From contig JBHHYZ010000003.1 in NCBI GenBank assembly GCA_046757845.1, positions 26,628 to 90,627 on the forward strand: DNA of 64,000 nucleotides. The letters are read 5' to 3'. Of this stretch, positions 8,047 to 16,179 are shown in pieces. Source of the DNA: Gemmatimonadota bacterium (GTDB lineage: Bacteria; Gemmatimonadota; Gemmatimonadetes; Palauibacterales; Palauibacteraceae). Made by a program: the position numbers and the translations under genes. Position 1 is the first letter of the stretch; each line of letters starts with the position of its first letter. Under the pieces are notes generated by a model. The model was not told the DNA's origin and did not search any database. It saw only the letters and a list, made by a program, of their open reading frames with translations.

Positions 8047-10105
8047 CCCCGTCCCTCTCCACCAACCTCTCCACCGCCGCTCTCGCGTCCGCGGGACTCA
8101 CCATCGCGAAATCCACCGGGCACGCGGCCGCCTGCGCCTCGATGTCCCGAATCGGACACCGGCTCACCCCGGAGGCCTTCGCCTCCTCGATGAACCGCTT
8201 CATCTCAGCGCTGAGTCCGTCTCCGCCGGTCACGTCGGCTCGGGCCTGTTTTGCCTTCAGCTCGTTGAACATCACCAGCATCGTATCCATGTCGAACTCG
8301 TCCGCCTCGATCATGGCCTCCTTGTTCTCGTCCATGACGCGCGTCGTCACGCGCCACAGGCCATGTGCGCGGGCGAACCGCTCCACCGTGTTGCGGGCCA
8401 GGGGGCGGGCGATCAGCGGCACCTGATTGAGTCGCGCGAAGGCTTCGTGCGTCCACACGATCGGATCTCCGGCAGCTCTCTGGCGGGAAGTCAGATGGCC
8501 GCTGTGAGGACACCGTTCCTGGACGGGAGGCGGAGACTCCGGACACTCCGCGTCGCGAGTCCGAACCACCGTGCGCTTCATCGCCTCTTCAGCCTTCAGC
8601 TCGGCGAGCGCGAACTCTTCCGCATCCCCGATCCCCATGATCAGCTGCATGTGGGTGGGAAGGAGCTTACGAATCGCCTCATCGAGCCTCTGGTTGGTGA
8701 CGGTGGGCAGGGTGGGAATGCCGAGCGCGGATTCCCGTCCGCCGCCGTCGGGCGAGCCATCCTCCCCGTCGTCAAAGGCGGCCGCGTAGCGGCTCCCGGG
8801 CCCGTGGAACTCGAGGACGTACTCCTCCACCGCCCTGCGGGCGATGCCCAGGGCGAAAGGTGGTACGCGGAGAATCCTCACCTCCGCCTCCGGAGCCCAT
8901 TCCAGGCCCTGTCGCCCATCCTCCTCGATCCAGGGGATCTCCTCCGGGCGCACATCCGTCGTCCCCGCGATCAGGATGTTGGTCGGGGCCAGGCGGGCAA
9001 GGTTCTCCGCCTGGCTGCCGAGCTCGGTTCCCTCGATCCGGTGTGCGCCATGCCGGGCGAGGATCAGGAGGGTGGGATCGATCTCTTCAGCCCACTGCAG
9101 GACCACCTGAAACGGCTTGCCTATCAGGATCTGCGTGTGGATCTCGACCTCGGGATACTCCCCGCCCATCACCTCCGCGCGCTTGATGTTGGCCTGGCAG
9201 AGCTTCAACAACCCCTTGTCGATGATGTTGTTGTGCAGCGCCTCCTGCTCCTCGAACTTGAACACCTTGGAGGCCTGGGCAGAAAGAACATCTTTGATGT
9301 TGTGGAACACGACGTGGTGGTACTCCACGTCGAAGGCGCTGCACACGTAGAGGCTGGCGGAGAACTCGCGCGCCAGCTCCAGCGCCTTCCGCAGACCCCT
9401 GTAAGCGTACGCCGACCCGTCCACGCAGACCATGAACCGTCCGCCCTCGAGCGGCCGCCCATCCCGGACGAGCAACACGTCCTTGCGGATGCAGCGAAGC
9501 GCTCGGCCGGCCACGCCACCCAGCTGGCTGTAGGGCTGCCGACCCAGGCCGTGCGCACCCAAGATCACGAGATCGTAGTCGCGCCCCGAGGTGCCGGCCA
9601 ACTTCTGTTCGGCCGTCTCCTCCTCGGCGATGATGCGGCCGTCTTCCCCCAGCCTGACATCGGAGCGGACCTGCTCGCCGCCGTCGTAATGGTGGGCAAT
9701 ATTGGGATCGAACCCGATCAGGCTGGGAAGCCGCCCGCTTCCGGAGTTGGACTCGCGGACGATCTCTTCGTAGTTGATTCCCTCCAGCAGTTGCCGCGTC
9801 AGCGGCACTCCGGCCTGCCCGCAACGCTGGGCCACCTGATCCAGAAAACTGTCCGAGATGAGCTGCAGGCCTTTCTCGATGAGCTTGTCGTGGATCTTCC
9901 GCTGGCGGCGGATCTCTTGCGGCTCCTGGAACTGGGCGGGGAGCCCGATCTCCAGCTGGCGGAATCGTACGTCGTGCAGGCGAGCGGCGTAGACGTGCGT
10001 AGCCGTGATACGGCCCTGCGACCTCTCGCAGAGCTCGATAGCCCTGTCGACCGCCCAATCCGAGTGCTCGGAGTTGTCGACAGGGACGAGAAGCTCTCGA
10101 TACAT
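8027..10105 (-). CDS. tandem universal-stress-protein (UspA) domain protein with two PCP_red-like domains
   Basis: Two UspA-like modules ('LLVPVDNSEHSDWAVDRAIEL', 'FMVCVDGSAYAYRGLRKALELA'). Two PCP_red-like repeats ('WAPEAEVRILRVPPFALGIARRAVEEYVLEFHG', 'WTHEAFARLNQVPLIARPLARNTVERFARAHG'). An acidic C-terminal tail. Confidence 0.55.
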   Translation of the reverse strand: MYRELLVPVDNSEHSDWAVDRAIELCERSQGRITATHVYAARLHDVRFRQLEIGLPAQFQEPQEIRRQRKIHDKLIEKGLQLISDSFLDQVAQRCGQAGVPLTRQLLEGINYEEIVRESNSGSGRLPSLIGFDPNIAHHYDGGEQVRSDVRLGEDGRIIAEEETAEQKLAGTSGRDYDLVILGAHGLGRQPYSQLGGVAGRALRCIRKDVLLVRDGRPLEGGRFMVCVDGSAYAYRGLRKALELAREFSASLYVCSAFDVEYHHVVFHNIKDVLSAQASKVFKFEEQEALHNNIIDKGLLKLCQANIKRAEVMGGEYPEVEIHTQILIGKPFQVVLQWAEEIDPTLLILARHGAHRIEGTELGSQAENLARLAPTNILIAGTTDVRPEEIPWIEEDGRQGLEWAPEAEVRILRVPPFALGIARRAVEEYVLEFHGPGSRYAAAFDDGEDGSPDGGGRESALGIPTLPTVTNQRLDEAIRKLLPTHMQLIMGIGDAEEFALAELKAEEAMKRTVVRTRDAECPESPPPVQERCPHSGHLTSRQRAAGDPIVWTHEAFARLNQVPLIARPLARNTVERFARAHGLWRVTTRVMDENKEAMIEADEFDMDTMLVMFNELKAKQARADVTGGDGLSAEMKRFIEEAKASGVSRCPIRDIEAQAAACPVDFAMVSPADARAAVERLVERDGDGRESE

Positions 10106-10321
10106 CCCTGCTCCGGGCTAAGGGGTATCAGCCGTGCCGGTCCCTCTATCTCAATCGAGCCTGACGGCCCGCCAAGTCTGAGCCTGCCACCCTGGTATCG
10201 ATGCGCTTCCGGTCTCGGACGCCGCGCGGACCGGGAGAGTCCGCTCGGGATCGCGGCGTGCCGAGTAAATCCGGCCCCTCATGGTGCCCCGAAACGGCTT
10301 CCCGAGGCCGGCGCGGACAAA

Positions 10322-10350
10322 CTTATAGCCGCGAGCACTCCCGAAGTCAA
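10322..10350 (-). promoter_or_regulatory. candidate sigma70-type promoter with a ~210-nt leader before the Usp-PCP_red gene
   Basis: The minus strand reads TTGACT-17 nt-TATAAG (rc of plus 10322-10350). It lies in the 260-nt gap between the ABC-2 permease and the Usp gene. Confidence 0.3.
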
Positions 10351-10366
10351 ACCGGCCGCGATCCCG

Positions 10367-11050
10367 TCAGCGACCCGTCAATCTGCGGGCGAGAAGCGGC
10401 GCCAGGAGAAGCGCGATGCCCGTCAAAACGAGCCCTCCAGCCAGGCCGGGAAGCCAGGCTCGGCTCGCTCCTCGGAACGATTCGCCCCATCCACCGGCCA
10501 CCTGGCCCATGGCCTCGTGAAGCGGCCCGAACGGGCTCACCGCCTTGGCCGCCCATGCCCAGGTATGCCGCTCCGGGACCCGGAATACGCCAGCCATATG
10601 GAGAGCGAAAAGCGCGGTGGCGGCACACGCCAGTGCGCCCTCCGCCAAGGAGCGGACCACGGCCGCTACCAGCGCGCCCAGGACGTTGGCCGAGAGGAGC
10701 GCGAGGCTCATGGCGGCCAGCGCCGCCACGGCGCCCGCGGGTCGCAAACCCTCAGCGAGGAAGAGCAGCAGCATGGCCGGCAGCAATTGCAGGGTATCCA
10801 AACATGAAGCCGCCAGGAGGCGCTCCCCCAGCCAGCGCCGCTCTCCGTATCCCGTCAGGAGGATCTTCTCCGTCCAGCCCGAATCCGCATCCCGGACCAG
10901 CGGGACGCAGCTGCCGAACGCGCCGAAGAAAACGATGAACAGGGTGAACACCACCGCCCGGTGCGCTTCCGGGGCCGAGCTCAGCGCAACCGGCCCCAGC
11001 AAGCCCAGCGGCACGCCGACGTTCCACAACAACAGGCGACGGCGCCGCAT
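10367..11050 (-). CDS. ABC-2 type transporter permease
   Basis: Multi-TM hydrophobic protein immediately downstream of the ABC ATPase. The likely start is the internal 'MRRRRLLLWNVG' at 11050; the ORF-track extension to 11422 overlaps the ATPase. Confidence 0.5.
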   Translation of the reverse strand: MRRRRLLLWNVGVPLGLLGPVALSSAPEAHRAVVFTLFIVFFGAFGSCVPLVRDADSGWTEKILLTGYGERRWLGERLLAASCLDTLQLLPAMLLLFLAEGLRPAGAVAALAAMSLALLSANVLGALVAAVVRSLAEGALACAATALFALHMAGVFRVPERHTWAWAAKAVSPFGPLHEAMGQVAGGWGESFRGASRAWLPGLAGGLVLTGIALLLAPLLARRLTGR

Positions 11051-11085
11051 CGCGATGCGCCATTCGAGAGCCCACACATCACGCT

Positions 11086-12012
11086 TCACGGAGAGTCCTG
11101 GACTCCGAGCGAGGCTCCCGTCATCGAGAGGAAGACGTCGTCCAGATCGGGCTCGCGAATCCGCACGCTGTTGAGCTCCACACCGCCGCGCACCAGCCAC
11201 CCACAGAACTCCGGGAGCTGTCCCGATCCGCCTGCCGAAGCGAAGCGGGCGATGCCGTCGTCGCTCCCCAGAGCCACCACGCCCTCCGGCGGACCCCCGG
11301 GGAGACGGATGCCTTCCCACTCCACTTCGAACACCGTCTGACGTTCCAGTCCACCCACCAGCTGGGCCGGCGCACCCTCGGCCACCACTCTTCCCCCATA
11401 CAACAGAATCACCCGGTCGCACCCCGCCGCGAACGAGGCATCATGCAGCGCCACGACCGCTCCCCCTCCCCGCGCCGAGTGCTCCTCGAGGGCGTGGGCG
11501 AGAACCGCTCGAGCCTCCACATCGAGACCGATCAGCGGTTCGTCCAGGAGAAGCAACTCCGCACCCGAGGCGAACGCCTCGGCCAGCGCCAGGCGCCGTC
11601 TCTGGCCGAGCGAGTAGGTGGACGCGCGCCGCCCCGCCCGATCCGCCAAGCCGAACCGCGTGAGCCACCGCGAGATCGCCCGGGCGTCACGGGTCACGCC
11701 CCGCAGCCTGGTCAGATGCGCCAGGTTCTCCCCACCGGTGAGGTCGGGATGGATCGGAAGATAGTCGAACACGACGGCCAGTCGGCGGCGAAGCTCCCTC
11801 AGAGGGAGCGAACCGGACTCCGCCAGCAGACGCAGGGTGCCGTACGCCGGCACTGTCGCGGTCGCCAGCATCCGGAGAAGCGTGGTCTTGCCGGAGCCGT
11901 TCGGGCCTACGAGAGCCACGACCTCGCCCCTGCGGACTGAGACATCCACGCCGCGCAGCGCCCACGTCCCGTCGCGATACCGATAGCTCAGGTCATGCCC
12001 GGTGGCCAGCAC
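11086..12012 (-). CDS. ABC transporter ATP-binding protein
   Basis: Walker A 'GPNGSGKTT', signature 'LGQRRRL' and Walker B 'LLLLDEP'. Confidence 0.8.
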   Translation of the reverse strand: MLATGHDLSYRYRDGTWALRGVDVSVRRGEVVALVGPNGSGKTTLLRMLATATVPAYGTLRLLAESGSLPLRELRRRLAVVFDYLPIHPDLTGGENLAHLTRLRGVTRDARAISRWLTRFGLADRAGRRASTYSLGQRRRLALAEAFASGAELLLLDEPLIGLDVEARAVLAHALEEHSARGGGAVVALHDASFAAGCDRVILLYGGRVVAEGAPAQLVGGLERQTVFEVEWEGIRLPGGPPEGVVALGSDDGIARFASAGGSGQLPEFCGWLVRGGVELNSVRIREPDLDDVFLSMTGASLGVQDSP

Positions 12013-12021
12013 CCCCCCACC

Positions 12022-12282
12022 TCACGGAACCAGAAGCACGCCGGCTCCATCGGACACCGTGATCGCGTCCACCGGACACGCCGCGCAGGCCTCCAGGAGC
12101 CGGGCTCGCGGCACTTCGCCCGAACCGCGGAACACGGCGATTCCTTCCTCATCCAGATCGAATGCCTCCGGCGCCACGGTACAGCAGTCGGCGAATCCCA
12201 CGCACAGATCCCGGTCGATGCGCAGGGTGAGGCCGTGAACTCGACACAGGCCTGCTCCAGGTGGGGCGTGCACCGGCTTCAC
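12022..12282 (-). CDS. small [Fe-S] ferredoxin
   Basis: 86 aa; 'CVGFADCCTVAP...CPVDAI' is a single-cluster ferredoxin pattern. Confidence 0.55.
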   Translation of the reverse strand: MKPVHAPPGAGLCRVHGLTLRIDRDLCVGFADCCTVAPEAFDLDEEGIAVFRGSGEVPRARLLEACAACPVDAITVSDGAGVLLVP

Positions 12283-12764
12283 ATCCCTTCCAGCCCCAGG
12301 TCACTCCGGGCCCGGTCCATCACCGAAGGCGTGATCTCGCCGATCCCGTGCTGCCTAGCGTAATCCGCATAGATGCGCTTCACCATGCCCCGGACGAAAC
12401 GAGGGACCTGCTCGAGCCGCTCGACGGCCTCGAAGCTCCAGCGCACCGGTCCGTCCGCCGCGTCCCCGGAACAGGCGGGTGGTGCCGCCGGCGGGCTGTC
12501 CCGCTCCATCGAATCGGCGAACGCCTCCTCCTTCCCCTCGGCCAGCGAACGCCGCACCAGCTCCAGGGGCTGAGAAGGAACGGTGCGACCCCCCACCACC
12601 ACCCCCAGCGAACTCACCAGCTGCGTCTCCATCGGGTTGGCCAGCATGGCGGTCATCCTCTCACACCTGGGGCAGCGAAACACGGCCGCGAAGGTTCCGT
12701 CACCCGGGAGCTCCCGCTCCTCGAACACCATCTGCTCATCGCATTCAACGCACAGGAACTTCAT
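12279..12764 (-). CDS. zinc-ribbon + PCP_red-like domain protein
   Basis: N-terminal 'CVECDEQ...CPRCER' is a CxxC...CxxC zinc ribbon. C-terminal 'WSFEAVERLEQVPRFVRGMVKRIYADYARQHGIGEITPSVMD' is a PCP_red-like domain. Confidence 0.5.
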   Translation of the reverse strand: MKFLCVECDEQMVFEERELPGDGTFAAVFRCPRCERMTAMLANPMETQLVSSLGVVVGGRTVPSQPLELVRRSLAEGKEEAFADSMERDSPPAAPPACSGDAADGPVRWSFEAVERLEQVPRFVRGMVKRIYADYARQHGIGEITPSVMDRARSDLGLEGM

Positions 12765-12782
12765 GCCGTCCCACTCACCCCT

Positions 12783-13680
12783 TCAATCTCTCGAACCCCG
12801 GTCGTGAAGCCGTTCCACGATCCGTCGGGCGATCTCCCTCAGGGCTCGTCCCGCCTCGGTCCGGGCCAGCAGCTCGCCCATTCGGCCGGCCTCGGCCAGC
12901 CGTCCCGCCACGCAATCGAACGGTATCCGGCCCAGCAGAGGGACCCGAAAACGGGAGGCCAGAGTGCGGCCGGCCTCACCCGGGAACAGGGGGCCCACCG
13001 TTTCACAGGTCGGGCAGTGGTAGCCCGACATGTTCTCGACGATGCCCAGCAACTCGATCCCCCTTCGACGGCAGAGTGTAAGCGAGCGTTCAACGGACTC
13101 GCGCGCCGCCTCCGACGGAGCCGTCACGGCCACCACTCCGGCGAGGGCCGGCACGAGCTCGTGCAGCTCGAGCAGCCGCTGCGTGACCGGAGGCAGATCC
13201 ACCAACAGGAAATCCAGGGACCCCCACTCCACATCGGAGAGGAACTCCCTCAGCGCGCCCCTTTCCTGCGCACCTCTCCACACGAAGCTGTCCGACCCCG
13301 GCTCGCGCCATTCCACGGGCTGGGCGTCCGAGAGCAGCAGGGCCATCGACATCAGAACCACGCCATCGGGCGAGATCGCGGGTCGCACGGACCGGTCGAC
13401 CGCCTCCAGCGGAGTCGAGCGGACCCCTAGCATGCGCGCCGCGGTAGGACCGTTGAGATCGGCATCCAGGAGCCCGATCGAGCCATGATCGCGACGCAGA
13501 GCCGTAGCCAGGACCGCACTCACCAGGCTCTTGCCGACTCCGCCCTTGCCGCTCATCACGGCGATCACCGAGTCGACCTCGCGGATCCGCTGGGCGACCC
13601 TGGCCGCCTGTTCCTGGACCTGTGCTCCCAGACCCGACGCGTCCGGTCCGGTGAGTTGATGATACGTCCGAATTACCACG
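12783..13680 (-). CDS. Mrp/NBP35 (ApbC) family iron-sulfur cluster carrier ATPase
   Basis: 'IAVMSGKGGVGKS' P-loop and 'CPTCETVGPLF' (CxxC) characteristic of ApbC. The likely GTG/TTG start is near 13680; the ORF-track N-terminus from 13829 looks non-coding. Confidence 0.75.
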
Positions 13681-13897
13681 CTCCGCGCACGCTCCTTCGG
13701 CGTGTGTCCGCCTGCCGGGAGAGAGTTCGCCAAGCACCCGCTCGACGACCGTACAACGTGCCCGCCGACCCCTGAACGCGTCAAGCGGACGTTGCCCGGT
13801 ACCCACGGGCTTCCGCGTCCGGGCCCCATCGCCTAGGTTTCATACAGTGCAGATCGGCCGCTCGGCGGCCGGAAGCTCCATCATCCCTGGGGTCTGT

Positions 13898-14104
13898 ATG
13901 TCGATCATCGGGTTTCACCGTTTGCTGATCACGATCGCCATTCTGTTCTGCGCCGGCTTTGCAGTCCGGGAAAGTGTCCGCTGGGCCGCCGGAGCCGGGG
14001 GCCTGGCACTGCTCCTGGCCGGCGGCTTCGCGCTGGCAGCGGCTGGCCTGGGTTATTACCTGGCGCACCTGAGTCGATTCCTGCAGGGAAAGCGGTCCAC
14101 CTGA
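13898..14104 (+). CDS. small two-TM membrane protein (hypothetical)
   Basis: 'MSIIGFHRLLITIAILFCAGF...LALLLAGGFALAAAGLGYYLA' gives two hydrophobic helices. It is divergent from the big operon. Confidence 0.3.
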   Translation: MSIIGFHRLLITIAILFCAGFAVRESVRWAAGAGGLALLLAGGFALAAAGLGYYLAHLSRFLQGKRST

Positions 14105-14109
14105 CCAGG

Positions 14110-14745
14110 ATGCCGCGCTGGCTCCTCGCCGGCGGTCTGCTCTTCGCACTGGTACTGGGAAGCCTCCTGGTCTCTTCCCTGTCGCGTCCGACGCCTTCCA
14201 CCTTCCTACCTACGCCGCCCGCTCCGTCGGCGGCGGGGGATTCGCTGATCTGGGACCGCTTGTACACGATCGACGCCCGGGATGCGCAGCGATGGGTGTT
14301 CTTCGATTTCTCCCGCTCGTCGGTCGTCGTCGACCCCGGACCGCTGCAATGGGATCTGGCGGTACGCCGGTTTCACCTCATCACGAACGGAGGACCGTCC
14401 TTCCCTGGCGGCGGCGGGGTGATCGAGATGCCCGGCGTGGATCTCGATTCACTTACCGAGGCGCCGCGCGGAGAATACGTGGAGACGGCAGGCTCGTTCG
14501 ACTCGAACGCGGCGAATCCGGTCTTGGACCGCTGGTATCGATACGGCTACGTGAGCCATCTGCTGGAGCCTCGCCCCCGAACCTATGTTTTCCGCACCGC
14601 GGATGGCCGGTACGCGAAGCTGAAGATTCTGAGCTACTATTGTCCCGGTGCGGTGCCGGGCTGCCTCACGTTTCGCTATACCTACCAGGGCGCGGGAGGG
14701 CGGAGGCTCACGCGAGCGGCCCCACCTCCAGAATCTTCCGGATGA
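14110..14745 (+). CDS. secreted hypothetical protein
   Basis: Signal peptide 'MPRWLLAGGLLFALVLGSLLVSS'. No recognised catalytic motif. Confidence 0.4.
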   Translation: MPRWLLAGGLLFALVLGSLLVSSLSRPTPSTFLPTPPAPSAAGDSLIWDRLYTIDARDAQRWVFFDFSRSSVVVDPGPLQWDLAVRRFHLITNGGPSFPGGGGVIEMPGVDLDSLTEAPRGEYVETAGSFDSNAANPVLDRWYRYGYVSHLLEPRPRTYVFRTADGRYAKLKILSYYCPGAVPGCLTFRYTYQGAGGRRLTRAAPPPESSG

Positions 14746-15214
14746 GGGCGCTGGTGGAACAGCCTCCTTGCAGCGGAAGCATGACGACTTCGCCACCCCA
14801 CCTCTCCACGAGATCGGCTCCCACGACCTCCTCGGCGCGATAGTCCGCTCCCTTGACCAGTACATCCGGACGGATGGCCTCGATCAGGGCCAACGGGGTC
14901 TCGGCGTCGAAGAGAACGACGGCGTCCACGTACCGCAGGCTCGCCAGGAGCGCTGCCCGGCCCGTGGCGGGAACCAACGGCCGTCCGGGCCCCTTGATCG
15001 CCCGCACGGAGTCATCCGCGTTGAGGCCGACCACCAGGACATCTCCGAGGCCTCGGGCCCGGCACAGCAGGGACACGTGCCCCGGGTGCAGGAGATCGAA
15101 ACAGCCGTTGGTGAACACGAGCCGGTAGGACCGGGGGGGGGCGAATCTGGTCCGGGCTTCCACCGCATCGAAGATCGGCGCGCCGCCGGCCGCTGCCGGA
15201 CCCGGTTCGCTCCT
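14708..15214 (-). CDS. D-glycero-beta-D-manno-heptose 1-phosphate adenylyltransferase (HldE/RfaE domain II, stand-alone)
   Basis: 'LVFTNGCFDLLHPGHVSLL' is the cytidylyltransferase HxGH motif. 169 aa starting at the ATG at 15212-15214. The long upstream extension in the ORF track overlaps hemC and is spurious. Confidence 0.75.
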   Translation of the reverse strand, partial: RSEPGPAAAGGAPIFDAVEARTRFAPPRSYRLVFTNGCFDLLHPGHVSLLCRARGLGDVLVVGLNADDSVRAIKGPGRPLVPATGRAALLASLRYVDAVVLFDAETPLALIEAIRPDVLVKGADYRAEEVVGADLVERWGGEVVMLPLQGGCSTSALIRKILEVGPLA

Positions 15215-16179
15215 CATGCGTCGCGGCTCGCGATCAGGAGCTCCCGGGCCCCGCGGGCAAGCAGTCGGTCGGCCACTTCGTGGCCCAGCCCCGCAGGCGC
15301 GTCCCGGCTCCCGATTCCGCGGGCGAGCACCGAGCTCGTGCCATCGGACGAAAACACGCCCGCCTCCAGAACAAGCCTGCTTCCGTCGTCTCGGGCCAGC
15401 GCGCCGATCGGTACCTGGCACCCCCCTTCGAGCGCCGCCAGCAGCGCTCGTTCCGCCTCGGTCGCGCACCTCGTCCGGGGATCGTCGAGCACGGAGAGCA
15501 GCTCCGCCACCGCGACCTCCCCCGATCGGCCCTGCACGGCCAGAGCGCCCTGTCCGGGCGCCGGAAGCCACCCGGGCGGGTCCAGTGCCCGCATATCCTC
15601 CGTCCGCAGTCCGAGGCGCTGTAGGCCCGCGGCGGCCAGGATCAGGGCACCGTAACGGCCCTGCACGAGTCGGGCCAATCGAGTCTGCACGTTCCCTCGA
15701 ACCGGTTCGACACGGCAATCGGGCCGGAACCGGAGGAGCTGGGCCCGCCGCCGCAGGGAGGAGGTCCCGACCACCGTGCCGGGCGGAAGCTCGTCCAGAG
15801 TCCGAGCCTCCTCGGACACCAGGAGGTCGCGCGGATCCTCCCGTTCCGGTATGGCCACCAGGGGGAACGCCTCTGCCGCCTCGGTCGGGAGGTCCTTCAG
15901 GGAATGGACCGCCACATCGATGCGCCTCTCCTCCAGCGCAACCTCCAAAGCTTCCGTGAACAGGCCCTTCCCGCCGATCTCCGGGAGAGGCTGCTCCACC
16001 ATGGAGTCTCCCCGAGTGTCGAGAAAGCGGAACGCCACCTCCAGAGCGGGCCAAGCCTCGCGCAGGCGATGCCCCACCCAGCTCGACTGCGCACGAGCGA
16101 GCGGAGAGCGGCGCGACCCGAGCACGATCCGCTCCAGCGGAGGCTGCTCTGGCCGGCGCCCCTCCGCCCGAACAGAGGT
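15214..16179 (-). CDS. hemC: hydroxymethylbilane synthase (porphobilinogen deaminase)
   Basis: 'RIVLGSRRSPLARAQ', 'AVHSLKDLPTE', 'GTSSLRRRAQLL'; 322 aa. The 822-aa ORF-track entry is this gene plus a spurious upstream extension. Confidence 0.85.
   Translation of the reverse strand, partial: TSVRAEGRRPEQPPLERIVLGSRRSPLARAQSSWVGHRLREAWPALEVAFRFLDTRGDSMVEQPLPEIGGKGLFTEALEVALEERRIDVAVHSLKDLPTEAAEAFPLVAIPEREDPRDLLVSEEARTLDELPPGTVVGTSSLRRRAQLLRFRPDCRVEPVRGNVQTRLARLVQGRYGALILAAAGLQRLGLRTEDMRALDPPGWLPAPGQGALAVQGRSGEVAVAELLSVLDDPRTRCATEAERALLAALEGGCQVPIGALARDDGSRLVLEAGVFSSDGTSSVLARGIGSRDAPAGLGHEVADRLLARGARELLIASRDA

Noticed and set aside
8003-10807. 934-aa plus-strand ORF, together with other long plus-strand ORFs (412..1632, 1272..2651, 5084..6784, 16428..18041, 35472..36521, 36083..37576)
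   Set aside because: They are antisense to well-supported minus-strand genes and are Arg/Pro/Gly-rich low-complexity translations with no motifs. This is a typical high-GC artefact.
14708-16054. 448-aa ORF extending the adenylyltransferase gene upstream
   Set aside because: The HldE-II domain begins at the internal ATG (15212-15214). The upstream 280 codons overlap hemC in another frame and are Gly/Arg/Pro low-complexity.
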